From Eledone cirrhosa (taxonomy: Eukaryota), in assembly GCA_964016885.1 (NCBI GenBank), contig OZ024741.1, positions 356,748,001 through 356,812,000 of the forward strand: 64,000 bases of DNA, given 5' to 3'. A program made the position numbers and the translations under genes. Within the stretch, counting starts at the first letter, position 1. Each line of letters begins with the position of its first letter. Positions 62,427-64,000 of this stretch are shown here, one piece after another. The notes under the pieces are model-generated. The model searched no databases, had not been told where the DNA came from, and saw only the letters and a list, made by a program, of their open reading frames with translations.

Positions 62427-62773
62427 TACGATATTAAATAAATGGAAATTATATTTATAAAACCATATCTATTTCATTATATATATTTCAGGGATATCAT
62501 ATTAAAAATATGTTATGGCTTCTTCAGACAAAATACAATATAAACAGTTTATAAATAGATAGATTCGACATACCTTTCAACTTCGACTTGCATTTGAAAA
62601 GTTGATTGCAAGTCGAAGTTGAAAGGTATGTCGAATCTATCTATTTATAAGACTGTTTATATTGTATTTTGTCTGAAGAAGGCATAACATATTTTTAATA
62701 TGATATCCCTGAAATATATATAATGAAATAGATATGGTTTTATAAATATAATTTCCATTTATTTAGTATCGTA
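62427..62773. mobile_element. Fold-back element with ~166-bp arms (14-nt spacer), each arm carrying a hammerhead-like core; probable Penelope pLTR inversion, beside (TA)n
   Basis: Arms 62427-62592 and 62607-62773; CTGAAGA-AGGCATAACATATT ttt AATATGATATCCCT-GAAA at 62673-62714, mirrored at 62486-62527. Confidence 0.65.
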
Positions 62774-62859
62774 AATATACTCCAAATACTTGTTGAGTGC
62801 TTTTATATCAGTTATAAATATTTACTCGTTGTAACCCAACAATTTAAATATAACTTTCC

Positions 62860-62897
<38 letters not shown>

Positions 62898-62905
<8 letters not shown>

Positions 62906-63095
62906 ATACTTTGGGAGGGTCATGTTGCCAATAAGAAACACACGCACCAGTTGCTTTCACTTTATAATAAATTGAAGTGAAAGCAACTGGTGCGTGTGTT
63001 TCTTATTGGTAACATGACCCTCCGAAAGTATAACAATATCGGTTTCAACACACGTTTTCAGATAAAGAATCTTGCTAAACAAATTCAGAAACGAA
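62898..63095 (+). mobile_element. Third copy of the fold-back family (short palindrome + 55-bp tail) in (TA)n
   Basis: Near-identical to 7545-7749 in opposite orientation, with a small central deletion. Confidence 0.7.
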
Positions 63096-63160
63096 ATATA
63101 TATATATATACGTATGTATGTATGCAAAAGGTAAACAGAACTAACAACACAATCGGTACA

Positions 63161-63246
<86 letters not shown>

Positions 63247-63432
63247 CATACATACACATACATACACACACACACACACATACATACACACACATATATA
63301 CATATGCACGTATGGGTTATATCGAACATTAATAATATTATTCGATTCGTTTGCAAACAAACGGCTCGATAAAGCTATGCCATGCCGATGACCAATCGTC
63401 TTCTGTTTATTCAACACTGACATCGAGGAACA

Positions 63433-63470
63433 ATCAACATGTTTTGGGGGTCATTACCCTTCATCAGGAC
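63433..63470 (-). ncRNA. Degenerate hammerhead core (GAAA->AAAA)
   Basis: GTC-CTGATGA-AGGG taatga CCCCC-AAAA-CATGTT; palindromic ACATGT. Confidence 0.45.
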
Positions 63471-64000
63471 TGTTTACCGCTCTGCTGCTAATTTGTTGAA
63501 CGGTTGAAAAGATATAGTATGTTCTGAAGTATACATCGGCTGATCGAGCTGTTTGCTTACAAACGAAGCGAATATTATTATACTACGGTGGATTGGCAGT
63601 ATCGGTAGAGGGTCAGACGACATGCTTTGACGCATAGAGTTACGGCCCTTGCCATTCTGAGTTCAAATCCTCCCGAGGTTAACTTTGCCTTTCATCCTTA
63701 TGGGGGACGATAAAATAAAGTACCAGTAATACACTGGGTATTTGCTGGCCTTGTGCCAAAAGTAGAAACAATTATTATACTATACCCTCGCTACCACAAT
63801 ATTTTCAACACAAACACGGTCAAACTTTCTTACAGCACTACACCCAACTTCACACAAATCATCGCGTCCGCAAACACTACCAAACTCAATTTTAATAGTC
63901 CCCCACTCAGACCTCAGTGAGGAGGAAACCAGGCCATGTAGTGGCACGGACAAAAACCATTGTCCATTAAACAACAAATGCCGGCAACAGAACATCGTGT

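Overview
AT-rich, repeat-dense eukaryotic (animal) genomic DNA. The SINE/LINE/microsatellite content suggests an octopus/coleoid cephalopod, which is an inference from repeat style only. Host genes: (1) the first ten coding exons of TARBP1/Trm3 (tRNA Gm18 2'-O-methyltransferase) on the minus strand, 19220->540, all GT-AG and phase-compatible, continuing beyond the window; (2) two isolated ARMC3 exons (33316->32675, minus) with no recognisable downstream exons; (3) an intronless RDH11/12/13-like SDR (40895-41848, +); (4) an unrecognised acidic two-TM ORF (48971->48468, -). Most of the rest is transposon-derived: Tx1/L1-like, RTE (with PHD-like finger) and CRE-like LINEs, Penelope-like elements (Neptune- and Naiad-type remnants, hammerhead ribozyme cores, fold-back palindromes in (TA)n), Helitrons, piggyBac/Tc1-pogo MITEs, two tRNA-derived SINE families and Gypsy elements. 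The most unusual structures are a circularly permuted single-LTR Gypsy whose integrase is split at a duplicated ACTGTAG (att-like) heptamer, and hammerhead-bearing fold-back elements that sit in (TA)n.
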